Under the pieces are notes generated by a model that saw only the letters and a list, made by a program, of their open reading frames with translations, had not been told where the DNA came from and ran no database searches. Of a stretch of 64,000 bases of DNA, positions 27,331 to 40,254 are shown piece after piece. Location: contig OX597814.1 in NCBI GenBank assembly GCA_951406725.2, positions 193,688,001 to 193,752,000 of the forward strand, given 5' to 3'. Positions within the stretch are counted from its first letter, which is position 1. Each line of letters begins with the position of its first letter. Origin of the DNA: Octopus vulgaris. Its lineage: Eukaryota. The position numbers and the translations under genes were made by a program.

Positions 27331-27928
27331 AGGTTGCCCTTGTGGTAAAGATTTGAAATCATTATTATAACCTGTCACTTGTGAGGAATGCATTAATGAT
27401 TAATGTGGAAAAATGTGTATTGCAGACGATATCTATCAGAAATACATAAACGTTGAAAGCTGAGAGACAAATGAGAAATACCTGCGCCTCTTTTATTGTT
27501 GTCGTTGTTGTTGTTTAAAATTTTTTTCGATTGTTTTTTTTTTATATTTAAATTAGTGTGTAGAGGTTAAACCGTCAGCAATATCATTTCATCACACCTT
27601 TTTTAATTCTATTCTAGCTCTTTCTCTTCACCCCCATCTCCTCCTCTCCACACACACCGCTATTATTTTCCTCTCAACATTATTCTTTCTCCATCTACCA
27701 TTCTAGATGCTCCCATTAATTACAACAGAAACGTTGCTCTACCCTTAACACAAACAGCAACAGCAACCCCTGGTGCAAATTTCAACAGATTTTTTTTATA
27801 TTTTTGAGCAGCTGTTTTTATTTTTCTTCTTTTCTGCTGTCACAGCCGGTATTCAAAAAGGATAAAAATAAAATTCTATCACTTACCTGTTGGAATTTAC
27901 CTATTCTCTGTTTCATTTATTGTTTCTC

Positions 27929-28286
27929 TTCTTCTTCTTCTTCTTCTTCTTCTTCTTCTTCTTCTTCTTCTTCTTCTTCTTCTTCTTCTTCTTCTTCTTC
28001 TTCTTCTTCTTCTTCTTCTTCTTCTTCTTCTTCGTCTTCTTCTTCTTCTTCCTCTTCTTTTTTCTTCCACTTCTTCCTCTTCTTCTTCTTCTTTTTCTTC
28101 TTCTTCTCCTCCTTCTTCTTCTTCTTCTTCTTCTTCTTCTTCTTCTTCTTCTTCTTCTTCTTTTTCTTCTTCTTCTCCTCCTTCTTGTTCTTGTTCTTCT
28201 TCTTCTTCTTCTTCTTCTTCTTCTTCTTCTTCTTCTTCTTCTTCTTCTTCTTCTTCTTCTTCTTCTTCTTCTTCTTCTTCTTCTTC
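27929..28286. repeat. (TTC)n microsatellite
   Basis: Direct reading. Confidence 0.97.
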
Positions 28287-28705
28287 GCACTGCCGAACCA
28301 AGCTGAATATCACTGTCTTCAGGAGTACGAGGGAAGAAAATGTAAATTGCATTATTGGGAATATTTCCGGCTCCGATTACCTGACGAAATACATTAACTC
28401 AGATTCAGAATGTATAGACAGGAAAATCATATGATTTATAACTTGCATTTCTTACACATGTGTGTATGTGTGTGTGTGGGTGTGTGTGTGGGTGTGTGTG
28501 TGGGTGTGTGTGTGTATGTGTGTGTGTGTGTGTGTGTGTGCGTATGTATACGTGTGTGTGCGTGCGTATGATGGAGTAGGTGTGTATAGTTTAATTTAAG
28601 CTGACCCAGTAGGGTGTTACACAGGCGTTTTCCAATGTGCTGCCAACACCCCAGACTACAGGATCAGCTTATGTACATACATACATACATACATACATAC
28701 ATACA

Positions 28706-28763
<58 letters not shown>

Positions 28764-28847
28764 AATGTATAGGCATGTATTTACGTGAATATATTTTCAA
28801 ATATTTTCTACCTTATATATATATATAAGTATATATATATATGTAAG

Positions 28848-28902
<55 letters not shown>

Positions 28903-28912
28903 GTATATATAT

Positions 28913-28999
<87 letters not shown>

Positions 29000-29544
29000 C
29001 ATACATACACATATATATGTATGGTGCGTATGAATGCACGTATTTATGGATATATACAAATATATATATGTGTTTGTGTGTATACATACATACATATATA
29101 CATACATGCATTTATACATGCACACATACATACATACATACTTAAGGTATGGAAGACTTATCTTGCACCTGCAGCAGTGTGCTTGATACTCCATTGTATC
29201 TGCGTGTGTGTGTGTGTGCATACATGTTTGTGTATATGTGAGCGTGTGTGAGGGTGTTGGAGAGTCTGGGTGGGAGTAAATGTGTTGGAAATCTGAATTC
29301 AACTTTGCATTCATCATATTTCTTGAAGGGCTTTGCAAAAAAGATATTTGTGCAGAAAGAATGTACGAATTTCCTTTGTAGGAAAACAAATCTGTAAATT
29401 CTTTAGTTGTCTGAATATCCTTGAATTTACGGATTTGTTCTCTTACGAAGGAATGGAGATATTCATTGCTCTCTTCTCGGTTTTAGGAGTCTAGGTGGGT
29501 GAGGGTAAAACCCTGTGATTAAGAAGTTTGGTGCATGTTGCTGC

Positions 29545-29928
29545 CAGGAGTGGCTGTGTGGTAAGTAGCTTGCTAACGAATCACATGGTTCCGGGTTCAG
29601 TCCCACTGCGTGGCCCCTTGGGCAAGTGTCTTCTACTATAGCCTCGGGCCGACCAAAGCCTTGTGAGTGGATTTGGTAGACGGAAACTGAAAGAAGCCCG
29701 TCGTATATATGTATATATATGTGTGTGTGCGTTTATTATGTATGTATGTATGTGTGTGTTTGTGTGTGTGTGTGTGTGTATCTGTGTTTGTCCTCCCAAC
29801 ATCGCTTGACAACCGATGCTGGTGTGTTTACGTCGCCGTAACTTAGCGGTTCGGCAAAAGAGACCGATAGAATAAGTACTAGGCTTACAAAGAATAAGTC
29901 CCGGGGTCGAAACAAGTCAAAAGAGTAA
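29545..29928 (+). mobile_element. SINE family A followed by (GAA)n at 29931-30045
   Basis: Match to family A with a deletion in the tail. Confidence 0.9.
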
Positions 29929-30224
29929 ATGAAGAAGAAGAAGAAGAAGAAGAAGAAGAAGAAGAAGAAGAAGAAGAAGAAGAAGAAGAAGAAGAAGAAG
30001 AAGAAGAAGAAGAAGAAGAAGAAGAAGAAGAAGAAGAAGAAGAAGAGACATCAAGGTACCGTAGGCTGTAGGTAGTGAGCCCGCTACGCATGCAAGACTC
30101 CGGGAGTTACAACAAAACTTGTGATAAAAAAAAAATAATAATAATTATAATACAGTGGATGGTTTCAAATTCTGGCACAAGGCCAACAATTTCTGTGGAG
30201 AAGTGCACATGCACACACGCGCAT

Positions 30225-30273
<49 letters not shown>

Positions 30274-30571
30274 AGTGTATAAGGACCATGTAGATTGTAG
30301 TCAAAAGCTCGTCAGCATCAAGCATACAAATGGTTAGTTTAGAACGTTCGAAGGAAAAACAACCGATCGATAAAATTTATTAATCAATATATAAGATTCA
30401 TTTCGTTCCATCACAAAATATTGGAATCATTTTGAGAAGAGGAGAAGTGCTATACAACTCCATATTTAATTGCATCTTACGCGAAAGAAAATAATCGATG
30501 GATACTATTCCTTCGAGTGTTCTATCCTAGCCAACCGTATGCAGGATGATAATGAGAAATTGATCTAAATA

Positions 30572-30971
30572 CAGGTCAACGTCGACTTACGACCTATCGA
30601 CTTTACGACGATTGACGCGCGCGCTCCCGGTAGTAATAATATATAAGCCAGTTGAAATTTAATGGGTCTAATTTCTTAACCCGTCTACGGATGACGTCAA
30701 CTAGCAAACGCTTACCCTAGGTTTGGTTTTCGATCGCCGCTGTGGTTTTCCCAAGTGTTGGATGAATATTCTGTCGCCGAGACATCGATCCAACCTTGTA
30801 TTTGCTTATTAGATGACTGCTTGAAACTCGGAAATTTTTGACCAACACTAGTGTAATAGTATAATACAGAACGCTGTGTGTGACTTTTAGCCGATAATGT
30901 ACCTTAAGAATGTAAGAATATAAAACAAAGCTATGTAGACTTATAGGCCGACTTACGACCAAATCGACTTA

Positions 30972-30975
<4 letters not shown>
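30572..30975 (+). mobile_element. Tigger/pogo-like MITE, 3' TIR missing
   Basis: TA|caggtcaacgtcgacttacgacc start and subterminal repeats cgacttacga at 30949-30974. Confidence 0.5.
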
Positions 30976-31021
<46 letters not shown>

Positions 31022-31134
31022 GACGGGCCTCTTTCAGTTACCGTGTACCAAATCCACTCACAAGGCGTTTGGTCGGCTCGAAGCTATAGTAGAAGACATT
31101 TGCCCAAGGTGCCATGCTGTGGGACTGAACCCGG

Positions 31135-31169
<35 letters not shown>

Positions 31170-32012
31170 CTCAAATTTCTTCTACATGTAATTGCAATTT
31201 GCATCAGTTTCACTAAATAATAGCAGGTTTATAAAATGCGCAAATCTGTTTGATGATTAAGAGCTTCACTCCTATTTAAACCATATTTGGCCAGTTTTTG
31301 TCACAAGCTAGTGACTAAATGGCTCTTTTCGCTTCACCACAAAGATGCACTCTCTGGCTTCTGTATTTTCTTAGATCTTCAGATTGCCAAACGTTGCAAA
31401 ATATAAGGAGCAAGAAACATCTGGTAGTTTAGAAGTGTCTCAATTCTCTTTCTGATAACTACATTTAATAGATACATCATCCCATCTCTGCAACTTCATA
31501 AGCAAGAGCAAATGAGATTGAGTGATGTTTATGCTGTTCTGTTATTCGATAGGCTTGAAGTGCTGAAGTAAGGAGTATGTTCTGTAAAACTGGTTTATTA
31601 CGATGAGAGTAACATGACTGCGGTGGATTGTGGGTAATATAGAGCAGGGTGGGGTGAATACAACAGGAAGAATTAATTAGTTGGTTGCTTGGAAGGAAGA
31701 TTGGATTAAACATTCAACCATAACGTCGGTTACTGGTGCTGTGGTTGCTGTTGTTTATAACCCCAGGTCATGCCTGATCGAGTATATCTATGATCAAAGA
31801 TATCCCAGGCGAGCGACCGCGTTTTTAGAAGTATGACTACGGTTAGATTACCACTGAATCCCTTCCTTTCGTAAGACAGCTTGCGTTTAGAAAAATTAGC
31901 TGCTATTTCAGGTAAAGAGATTCCCATACGTACTATTGTGATGAAGATTGAGTTAAATTGAGTATGTAGTTAAGCAGATACTAGGACACACTTGTGCGTT
32001 TGTATACATATG

Positions 32013-32058
<46 letters not shown>

Positions 32059-32059
32059 C

Positions 32060-32090
<31 letters not shown>

Positions 32091-32104
32091 CATACATACA
32101 TACA

Positions 32105-32140
<36 letters not shown>

Positions 32141-32155
32141 TACATACATATATAT

Positions 32156-32262
<107 letters not shown>

Positions 32263-32314
32263 AGATCGTTAGCCACTACACATTTTTTTCTATCTTTGTC
32301 TTTTTTCTGTGTCC

Positions 32315-32350
32315 CTTTCTGTAGAAGAGCGTAGGCTTGAAACGTAAAAG
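32315..32350 (+). ncRNA. minimal hammerhead ribozyme, A6U variant (H2), in a PLE 3' fragment at 32258-32445
   Basis: cttt-CTGTAGA-a-gagc(gtag)gctt-GAAACGTA-aaag. Confidence 0.6.
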
Positions 32351-32503
32351 ACTTTTTCTATTCCTGAGCGTTATACTAATACATCTGCTTGTTTTGTACA
32401 CGACCTGTCTTCGTCTTTTGTTTTTTTCGTAAACTCTCCCTATATATATATTTATATATATGTATGTATGTATGTATATATGTATGTATTTATGTATGCA
32501 TGC

Positions 32504-32550
<47 letters not shown>

Positions 32551-32636
32551 GTTTTGCGTTCTTGTCCCATTTTGCTTTTTTATATAAATATTTTATACAT
32601 AAATTATTGCGGCGTAACGTACAACTTGTTCTCTTC

Positions 32637-32715
<79 letters not shown>

Positions 32716-32785
32716 CGGCCGCAGCTCTGAGCTGAAACTAGAGAAAAATATATATATATATACACACACATGTATTATAAAGGTT

Positions 32786-32900
<115 letters not shown>

Positions 32901-32937
32901 TATATATATATATATATATACATGTATTATAAAGGTT

Positions 32938-33002
<65 letters not shown>

Positions 33003-33479
33003 TCTTTTATTGGTTTCAGTCGCCGGACTTCAGCCATGCTGGAGTACCGCGTAAAATATTCTTTATAGATTTTTTGTCGCTTTATGATTGAAAGTTGGTT
33101 GATGATCGAATTTATCCTTGAGTGGTTGGTTGGTTGGTTGGTTGGTTGGTCTGGGTTCGTCATTAGGATTTCATCCAATGTTTTTTTTAAGTTTCAGAAG
33201 AGATCTTTTTGTAATTGCTTCCAGAACCATTATTCCAAAGAAATATCATTTTTCATTCTCTCGAAAGTTTATACAATTTTTATTATACCAACAATATATA
33301 CATACATACATGCATGTATGCATGTATGTATGTATGTAAGTATGTATGTATGTATCTATGCATGTATGTATGTATGTATGTATGTATGTATCTATGCATG
33401 TATGTATGTATGTATGCATGTATGTACGTATCTATGCATGTATGTATGTATGTATGTATGTATGTATGTATGTATGCAT

Positions 33480-34195
33480 GTACAATCTCTTGAACAAGCC
33501 TCAAATTGTGTAGGTCTTTACCTCAATGAGGCCAAAAGTGAATACATAAACAAGTGCCTGTCCAACAGTGATTGCATCATCCATACTCTCAACAATGCGC
33601 CCTTAAATATGGTTTCTGATTATAAATATCTTGGGTCATACATATCATCATCTGGAAAATACTTTCTAACTAGAAAGGGTATGGCCTGGTCAGCCTGTAA
33701 TGACATGCATAAGATCTGGTCATCAAATCTAAGTAGAGACTTCAAACTTGAAATATTCAAAGCCACAGTCGAACCAATTCTACTATATGGCTCAGAAACC
33801 TGGACGTTATCAAAGAAGCTTGAGAGGCGGTTGGATGGAACCTACACTCGCCTCCTTATGAGAGCTCAAAATCTCTCGTGGAAGCGCCATCCAACCAAAA
33901 TGCAAATACATGGGAAACTACCACCTGTGTCATCTCTTGTGAAAGGTAGGAGAGTCCAGTTTGCTGGACATTGTTGTAGAGCTGAAAAAGAAGTAATTTC
34001 TACTCTTCTCCTCTGGAAGCCATCTACTCGCAATGCCAGAGGGCGCACAACTCCTACCCTGATGTAATCTCCAGGGATACAGGCATCCAGCAACAGGACC
34101 TCCGTAATGCCATGATGGACAGTGAAGTCTGGCGTAGCATGATAAATTCCATTGTCTCGACCACGGTCGAACAATGATGAATGATGATGATGATG
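33480..34195 (+). mobile_element. 5'-truncated RTE-clade LINE (RT C-terminus plus (TGA)n tail)
   Basis: GLYLNEAKSEY..YKYLGSYI..VEPILLYGSETWTL..FAGHC motifs; ends in tgatgatga. Confidence 0.9.
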
Positions 34196-34304
34196 TATGT
34201 GTGTGTGTGTGGGGGGGGGTTAATTTCTCTGATAAATACTCCTGTAGCAAACTTTGAGGTTATAGCCACCTTGCATTTTGATTCAATTAAACATACATCA
34301 AATA

Positions 34305-34474
34305 TATAGTTCTATATTTAAGAGTTGAGGAATAATATACATTATTTACACTATTTACATTCGACGTATATTTGTCCTCATTTGTTTGTTGTTAACACAA
34401 CGTTTCGGCTGATATACCCTCCAGCCTTCATCAGGAGTCTTGGGAAAATTTCGATATTATTATTATTATGATTA

Positions 34475-34508
<34 letters not shown>

Positions 34509-34668
34509 GGTCACTGCCTGAAATCGAACTCGGAATCTTGGGGTTAGTAGCCCGCGGTCTTAACCACCACGCCATATGCCCATGAGCTGGAGGGTATATC
34601 AGCCGAAACGTTGTGTTAACAACAAAGATGAGGACAAATATCCGTCAAATGTAAATAATGTAAATAAT
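34305..34668 (-). mobile_element. tRNA-headed HHR element (H5) with inverted partial copy
   Basis: Minus strand: tRNA-like head 34580-34508, (AAT)n, HHR, tail to ~34305; inverted copy of the HHR 3' part at 34585-34668. Confidence 0.75.
34394..34439 (-). ncRNA. minimal hammerhead ribozyme with extra A after A9
   Basis: gactc-CTGATGA-a-ggctg(gagggtatat)cagcc-GAAACGTT-gtgtt. Confidence 0.75.
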
Positions 34669-34689
34669 CAAATATATATATATATATAT

Positions 34690-34734
<45 letters not shown>

Positions 34735-34739
34735 ATATA

Positions 34740-34830
<91 letters not shown>

Positions 34831-34888
34831 TTTCGGTGCGAATGGTTTTTTTATACGGTAGCGTATTTTACAATTCTGTAAGTAATAC

Positions 34889-35270
34889 TAATGGTACTTT
34901 TATATAAGCCTAAAGCGATCAGCGTGCAATGGCTAAGGAAAATTGTCTAACAAGGAGGCATATAAGCCCTTGACAGAAGAAAGAATGCTTTTCTATCCAC
35001 GTGGGACTCGAACCCACATCCCTTTGTTAACGCGACTAAGTGTGTTACCTTTACACCAGCTAATTCGTTTGTGTAAAGGTAACACGCTATAGCTGTTGTA
35101 AAGATAACACACTTAGTAGCGTTAAGAAAGGGATGTGGGTTCGATTCCCACGCGAATAGGAAAGCCTTCTTTTTTCTAGCGAGTGCTTATATGCCCCCTT
35201 GCTAGACTATTTTCCTTAGTCACTGCATGCTGATCGCCATGAGCTTTAAGCTTATCTAAAAATATCATTA
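34889..35270. repeat. inverted pair of tRNA-like heads plus downstream sequence
   Basis: Arms 34889-35062 and 35089-35270; each has an A-box-like t(g/t)gt(g/-)taaag and B-box gggttcga(g/t)tccc; extra ~60-bp tail on the left. Confidence 0.8.
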
Positions 35271-35292
35271 ATATATATATATATATATATAT

Positions 35293-35548
35293 TAGGGAGT
35301 GAATCCAAACTTACAGGGAAAAATTAGATTTAGGATTAAATTTAATTTTATAGTATAAATATATATACATATATTAAATTAGAGATAAAACCACTATTAG
35401 GCAAATCAAACAGTGAAAATCATAAACCAATACATAGAAATAAAATTAATTAATAAAAAATATATAAAATATAATATTCAAAATTTAAAATATTTAAATT
35501 AAAATTAAAATTTAAGAAATTATTTAAATAAATAAATTAAATAATAAT

Positions 35549-35589
<41 letters not shown>

Positions 35590-35764
35590 TTTATAAGTAT
35601 AAATTATTAATTTAAATAATTTCTTAAATTTTAATTTTAATTTAAATATTTTAAATTTTGAATATTATATTTTATATATTTTTTATTAATTAATTTTATT
35701 TCTATGTATTGGTTTATGATTTTCACTGTTTGATTTGCCTAATAGTGGTTTTATTTCTAATTTA

Positions 35765-35770
<6 letters not shown>
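35293..35770. repeat. palindrome of H3-family 3' ends
   Basis: Arms ~35372-35535 and ~35607-35767 are inverted; tail 35293-35370 on the left only. Confidence 0.85.
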
Positions 35771-35841
<71 letters not shown>

Positions 35842-35908
35842 TCATTTATATATATGTACATATATATATGTGTGTTACATATATATATGTGTGTGTATAC
35901 ATATATAT

Positions 35909-35962
<54 letters not shown>

Positions 35963-35965
<3 letters not shown>

Positions 35966-36352
35966 ATTAGGATAAAGTCATTAATTAAGGATTTAACAGT
36001 GGCCAGCGTATAAAAAACCATATGGGTTAAATTAATATTTAAAATATAATTATAAATATATAATTATAATTAAGGGCGCTGAAGAGGCCACGTCTGTACG
36101 CTTGAAATAGACGTCAAACGAGTACAAACCACTTAGGTCAGCCCTACGTTTATCACAAGGCTGTATGCGAGGAAAATGGACAAGAAAGGATTTATAAAAA
36201 TATCGTGTAGGCGTAGCTGTATGGTAAGGGATTTGCTTCCCAACCACCTGTTTCCGGTTTCAAACCCACTGCATGGGACTTTCACAAAAGCCCTGTGAAT
36301 GGAATTAGGTGGCCGAAACTGAAAGAAGCCCGTCGTATATATAGATATATAA

Positions 36353-36383
<31 letters not shown>

Positions 36384-37024
36384 TGTGTATTTGTGTTGTG
36401 TGTGCGCGTATGTCTCTGTTTGTCCCCCACCATCGCTTGACAACCGATATTGGTGTGTTTACGTCCTCGTAACTTATCGGTTCGGCAATAGAGACCGATA
36501 GAATAAGTATTAGGCTTACAAAAACAATCAGTCCTGGGGATCGATTTGTTCCACTAAAAGGCGATGCTCCAGCTTGGCCGCCGTCAAAATGACTGAAGCA
36601 AGTAAAATACAAAAGAATAAAAGAATAAAAGAATATATCTATATATATATATCTTCTTAAGATTCCATGTTTTGCGATATCAAAATTGCTTAACAATCAT
36701 CAGTAGGGTATCCCTATGGTTATGTATATGTAATCCACATTAATTTACGCTCGGTGTATCTTACTGATGATTGTAAAGCAATTTTGATATTGCAAAGCAT
36801 GAAATCTTAAGAGATAAGGTTACACTTTTACTCTTTTACTTGTTTCAGATATTTGACTGCTGCCATGCCGAAGCACCGCCTTTAGTCGAACAAATCGACC
36901 TCCAGGACTTATTCTTTGTAAGCCTAGTACTTATTCTATCGGTCTTTTTTGTCGAACCACTATGTTACGGAGACGTAAACACACGAATATAGGTTGTCAA
37001 ATGATGGTGGAGGGACAAACACAG

Positions 37025-37091
<67 letters not shown>

Positions 37092-37149
37092 TATTGGCTT
37101 AAGTTTTTCATTGTTTGATTTGCCTAATAGTGGTTTTATCTCTAATTTA

Positions 37150-37218
<69 letters not shown>

Positions 37219-37595
37219 GACGGGCTTCTTTCAGTTTCCATCTACCAAATCCATTGACAACACTTTGGTCAGCCCGAAGCTATAGTATAAGACACTTGGC
37301 CAAGGTGCCATGCAGTGGGACTGAATCCGGAACCATGTGGCTGAAAAGCAAGCGTCTTACCACACAACCACTCCTGTGCTTATTGTCCACAGTATCTTTA
37401 TAAATCCCCTTTTGTCCATTTTCCGCACATACAACCAAATCCTTTCTTGGCCATTTTCCTCGTATTCCAGCCTTGTGATAAACTTAGTGCTAACTTAAGT
37501 TGTTTGTAGTTATTTGATGTCTATTTAAAGTGAACAGGCGCTGTCCCTCCAGTGTCTCTAATTATAATTATATATTTATACTTTAAATATTACTT
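35963..37595. mobile_element. old inverted duplication of an HHR element (H6) with a SINE A in each arm
   Basis: X(36040-36207)-SINE(36208-36632)-HHR(36650-36712) is mirrored by HHR(36754-36825)-SINE(36826-37381)-X'(37388-37595). Confidence 0.75.
36754..36825 (+). ncRNA. hammerhead motif with AAA-bulged stem II (U16.1 mutated)
   Basis: gtgtatctta-CTGATGA-ttgt-aaa-gcaat(tttgat)attgc-aaa-gcat-GAAATCTTAAGAGA-taaggttacac. Confidence 0.6.
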
Positions 37596-37621
37596 ATATA
37601 TATATATATATATATATATAT

Positions 37622-39790
37622 AACTTAGAATAACTTAGAAAGGTTTTGGCCAGTATTGGCCCAGGCCATGTCTAACTTAATAGCACCACCTGGCGAAGTC
37701 TTTCAGTTCAGGATTTGGGCACCAAGGCCCATTCGAGCAGAGAGTTATTGTTTGCGGAGACATATCCGGGTGTGGGTGGTTTGTCCGGTACTGTTTGAAG
37801 GAATTTGTCCAAAGACTTCTTGAATTTTGTGTGGTCAGTTTCTTTTTTGACGTGTTCTGGTGTAATGTTGAAGAGAGCGGGTCCAATTGAGGTGAAATAG
37901 TTGTGCCGTATTGTCGTTATGTGATGCGATTTAGATTTTTGTTGTGGACAGATGGCACGTGGTCCAAGCCTTGGATGCATTTTGAAGGTGATGCCAACAT
38001 CATTCGGACAGTGCTGATGGAATATTTTCCACATCATACAGATAATGTAGCGTTCACGGCGTCGTTGGAGTGAATACAATTTCAGCTTCTCTAGTCTACC
38101 CCAGTAGTCAAGGTCTGACATGCCATCTATCTTTTTTGTGAATGACCTTTGGGGAGCTTCAATTCTCATAATATTTTGTTTTGTGTAGGGAGACCACAGT
38201 GGACAGCAGTATTCAAGGTGGGGTCGGGCAAAAGTGGAGAAGAGAAGGATAATAGCGTGGGAATCTCTCGACTGGAAGGTTCTGAGAATCCAGGAACACA
38301 TTCTGCGGGCCATGTCAACTTTGCTGCTTATATGTGTAGCCCAGCTTATGTTGTTGTCCACTGTTACTCCCAGGTCTCTGATGTTGTTGGATGCCATGAG
38401 AATTTCTCCAGAAGGAAGAGAGTATGGGAGTTTCAGAGCGTCCTCCCTTCCAAAGTGGATCAGTTCGAATTTGTCTTCATTTAGCAACATGTTATTCTTT
38501 TCCGCCCATTGGACAACAGCCAGTAGGTCTGACTGAAGGTTTATTCGGTCATCCACGCCATTGATGACCTTCTGGAGCTTGGAATCATCAGCGAAGGTTC
38601 TGATGTTACTGTGTTTGATGGTGTCAGTAATATCATTTATGTAGATGATGAAGAGAAGTGGGCCCAACACAGTGCCTTGTGGGACACCACTGCTGACTTT
38701 GGCTGGGCTGGATTTGACTCCTTCGACTACAACATGTTGGGTTCTGTTAGACAGGAAGCACTTGATCCACTGCAGCAGCTTTCCAGTGACACCAATATTG
38801 GACAGCTTTCTCAGAAGGATCTTATGATCAACCCTGTCAAAGGCCTTGCTGAAATCAAGGTAGATGACATCAGTGTTGGAACCTTCTCCCAAGGCTCTCA
38901 AAATGTCATCAAAATGATGCAGTAGCTGCGTCAGGCAATCTCTCCCATTACGGAATCCATGCTGGTTGGGGTTCAGCATATTATGACTCTCAAGGAAGTG
39001 AGTCATACGCGATCTCAGCACCCTCTCAAATACCTTGATGATATGAGAGGTGAGTGAGATTGGACGGTAATTCACGGCAAGCGATTTGTTTCCTTTTTTG
39101 AAAACTGGGACAACAGACTGGGATAGAAGGTCTTCTGGTATATATCCAGCATCCAGTGAGTTCCGCCACAGATTGGCTAGAGGGGGTGCAAGTTGGTTTT
39201 GACACATCTTCAAGACACAAGCAGGGAACCTATCGGGACCTACTGCTGAATTATGCTTCATTTCCTTTATTGCTGCTAAGACATCAGGAGCGCCAAATGT
39301 TATGTCCGATAAAGTGTATTGGGGAGTAACATCACTGATACAGCCCAGATCAGTCATATCAGGATTGCTGAAAACAGAGCAATATTGTTTCTGCAATATC
39401 TCTCCCATGGTTTTGGCATTGTCTTGAAGAGTACCATTTTCATCAATCAGAGGGCCAACAGTAGAACCAGTGACTCTGTGTTTTTTTGCAAATGAAAAGA
39501 ACACTTTGGGATTGAGTTTGATCTTCTCAATGGCCCAGGCCTCTTCAGCTCTTCGCTGACTATTGATGATAGACATCATGTTGTTTTGGAGTTTATGTTT
39601 TTTAATCTCTAGCGACGAGATGGCAGTCAGGTTGGTGTGTTGCTGCTGACAGTATTTCAGCATGTTGATCTTTTTGTTGATTCTTTTAATTTTCCTTATG
39701 AGAGATTTTCTATTTCTAGGGATTCGACACTTAGATTTGTTTGCAGATCTTAATGGGGTGTGTCTTGCACATATGTTCGTGATGAGCACA
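37622..39790 (-). mobile_element. 5'-truncated CR1/L2-group LINE
   Basis: RT ORF, short 3' UTR, tandem tail (ttctaagtta)2; (TA)n on both flanks. Confidence 0.92.
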
Positions 39791-39819
39791 TATATATATA
39801 TATATACGTGCACACACAC
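37708..39819 (-). CDS. non-LTR retrotransposon reverse transcriptase (ORF2, endonuclease missing)
   Basis: NYRPISLTS, QHGFR, YLDFSKAFDRV, GVPQGTVLGPLLF, FADD, DLGV motifs with no stops; the first ~10 codons are flanking microsatellite, so the start is not genuine. Confidence 0.93.
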   Translation of the reverse strand: MCVHVYIYIYVLITNICARHTPLRSANKSKCRIPRNRKSLIRKIKRINKKINMLKYCQQQHTNLTAISSLEIKKHKLQNNMMSIINSQRRAEEAWAIEKIKLNPKVFFSFAKKHRVTGSTVGPLIDENGTLQDNAKTMGEILQKQYCSVFSNPDMTDLGCISDVTPQYTLSDITFGAPDVLAAIKEMKHNSAVGPDRFPACVLKMCQNQLAPPLANLWRNSLDAGYIPEDLLSQSVVPVFKKGNKSLAVNYRPISLTSHIIKVFERVLRSRMTHFLESHNMLNPNQHGFRNGRDCLTQLLHHFDDILRALGEGSNTDVIYLDFSKAFDRVDHKILLRKLSNIGVTGKLLQWIKCFLSNRTQHVVVEGVKSSPAKVSSGVPQGTVLGPLLFIIYINDITDTIKHSNIRTFADDSKLQKVINGVDDRINLQSDLLAVVQWAEKNNMLLNEDKFELIHFGREDALKLPYSLPSGEILMASNNIRDLGVTVDNNISWATHISSKVDMARRMCSWILRTFQSRDSHAIILLFSTFARPHLEYCCPLWSPYTKQNIMRIEAPQRSFTKKIDGMSDLDYWGRLEKLKLYSLQRRRERYIICMMWKIFHQHCPNDVGITFKMHPRLGPRAICPQQKSKSHHITTIRHNYFTSIGPALFNITPEHVKKETDHTKFKKSLDKFLQTVPDKPPTPGYVSANNNSLLEWALVPKS

Positions 39820-39910
39820 ACATACATATATATATACAAGAACACAGAGAGATGTAAAAACAAGAAGAGAAATAGAAAGTCGTTAGACACATGTAACCTA
39901 CTGTTGTATG

Positions 39911-40213
39911 GAGGCACATGGCCTAGTGGTTAGAGCAGCGGAGTCGCGGTCGAGGGATCGAGGGTTCGAATCTCAGACCGACGATGTGTGTGTGTATGAG
40001 CGAAACACCTCAGCTCCACGCGGCTCCGGCAGAAAGTAATGGCGAAACTTCTGCTGACTCTTTCGCCACAACTTTCTCTCGCTCTTTCCTACTGCATCTT
40101 GTAACTCACCTGCGATGGACCGGCGTCACGTCCAGGTGGGGAACCTATACGCCAAGGAAACCGGGAAACCGGCCCTTATGAGTCAGGCATGGCTCGAGAA
40201 GGAACAAACAAAT
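39911..40213 (+). mobile_element. tRNA-derived SINE (family C)
   Basis: A-box tggcctagtgg, B-box ggttcgaatc; second copy at 57455-57750 (-). Confidence 0.9.
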
Positions 40214-40254
40214 AACCTACTGCTGTATCTCAATCAATTTCTCTAATCTATTTT

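Noticed and set aside
34508-34580. Functional tRNA gene (also 35089-35158 and the SINE heads)
   Set aside because: Acceptor and T stems pair poorly and the heads are embedded in repeats.
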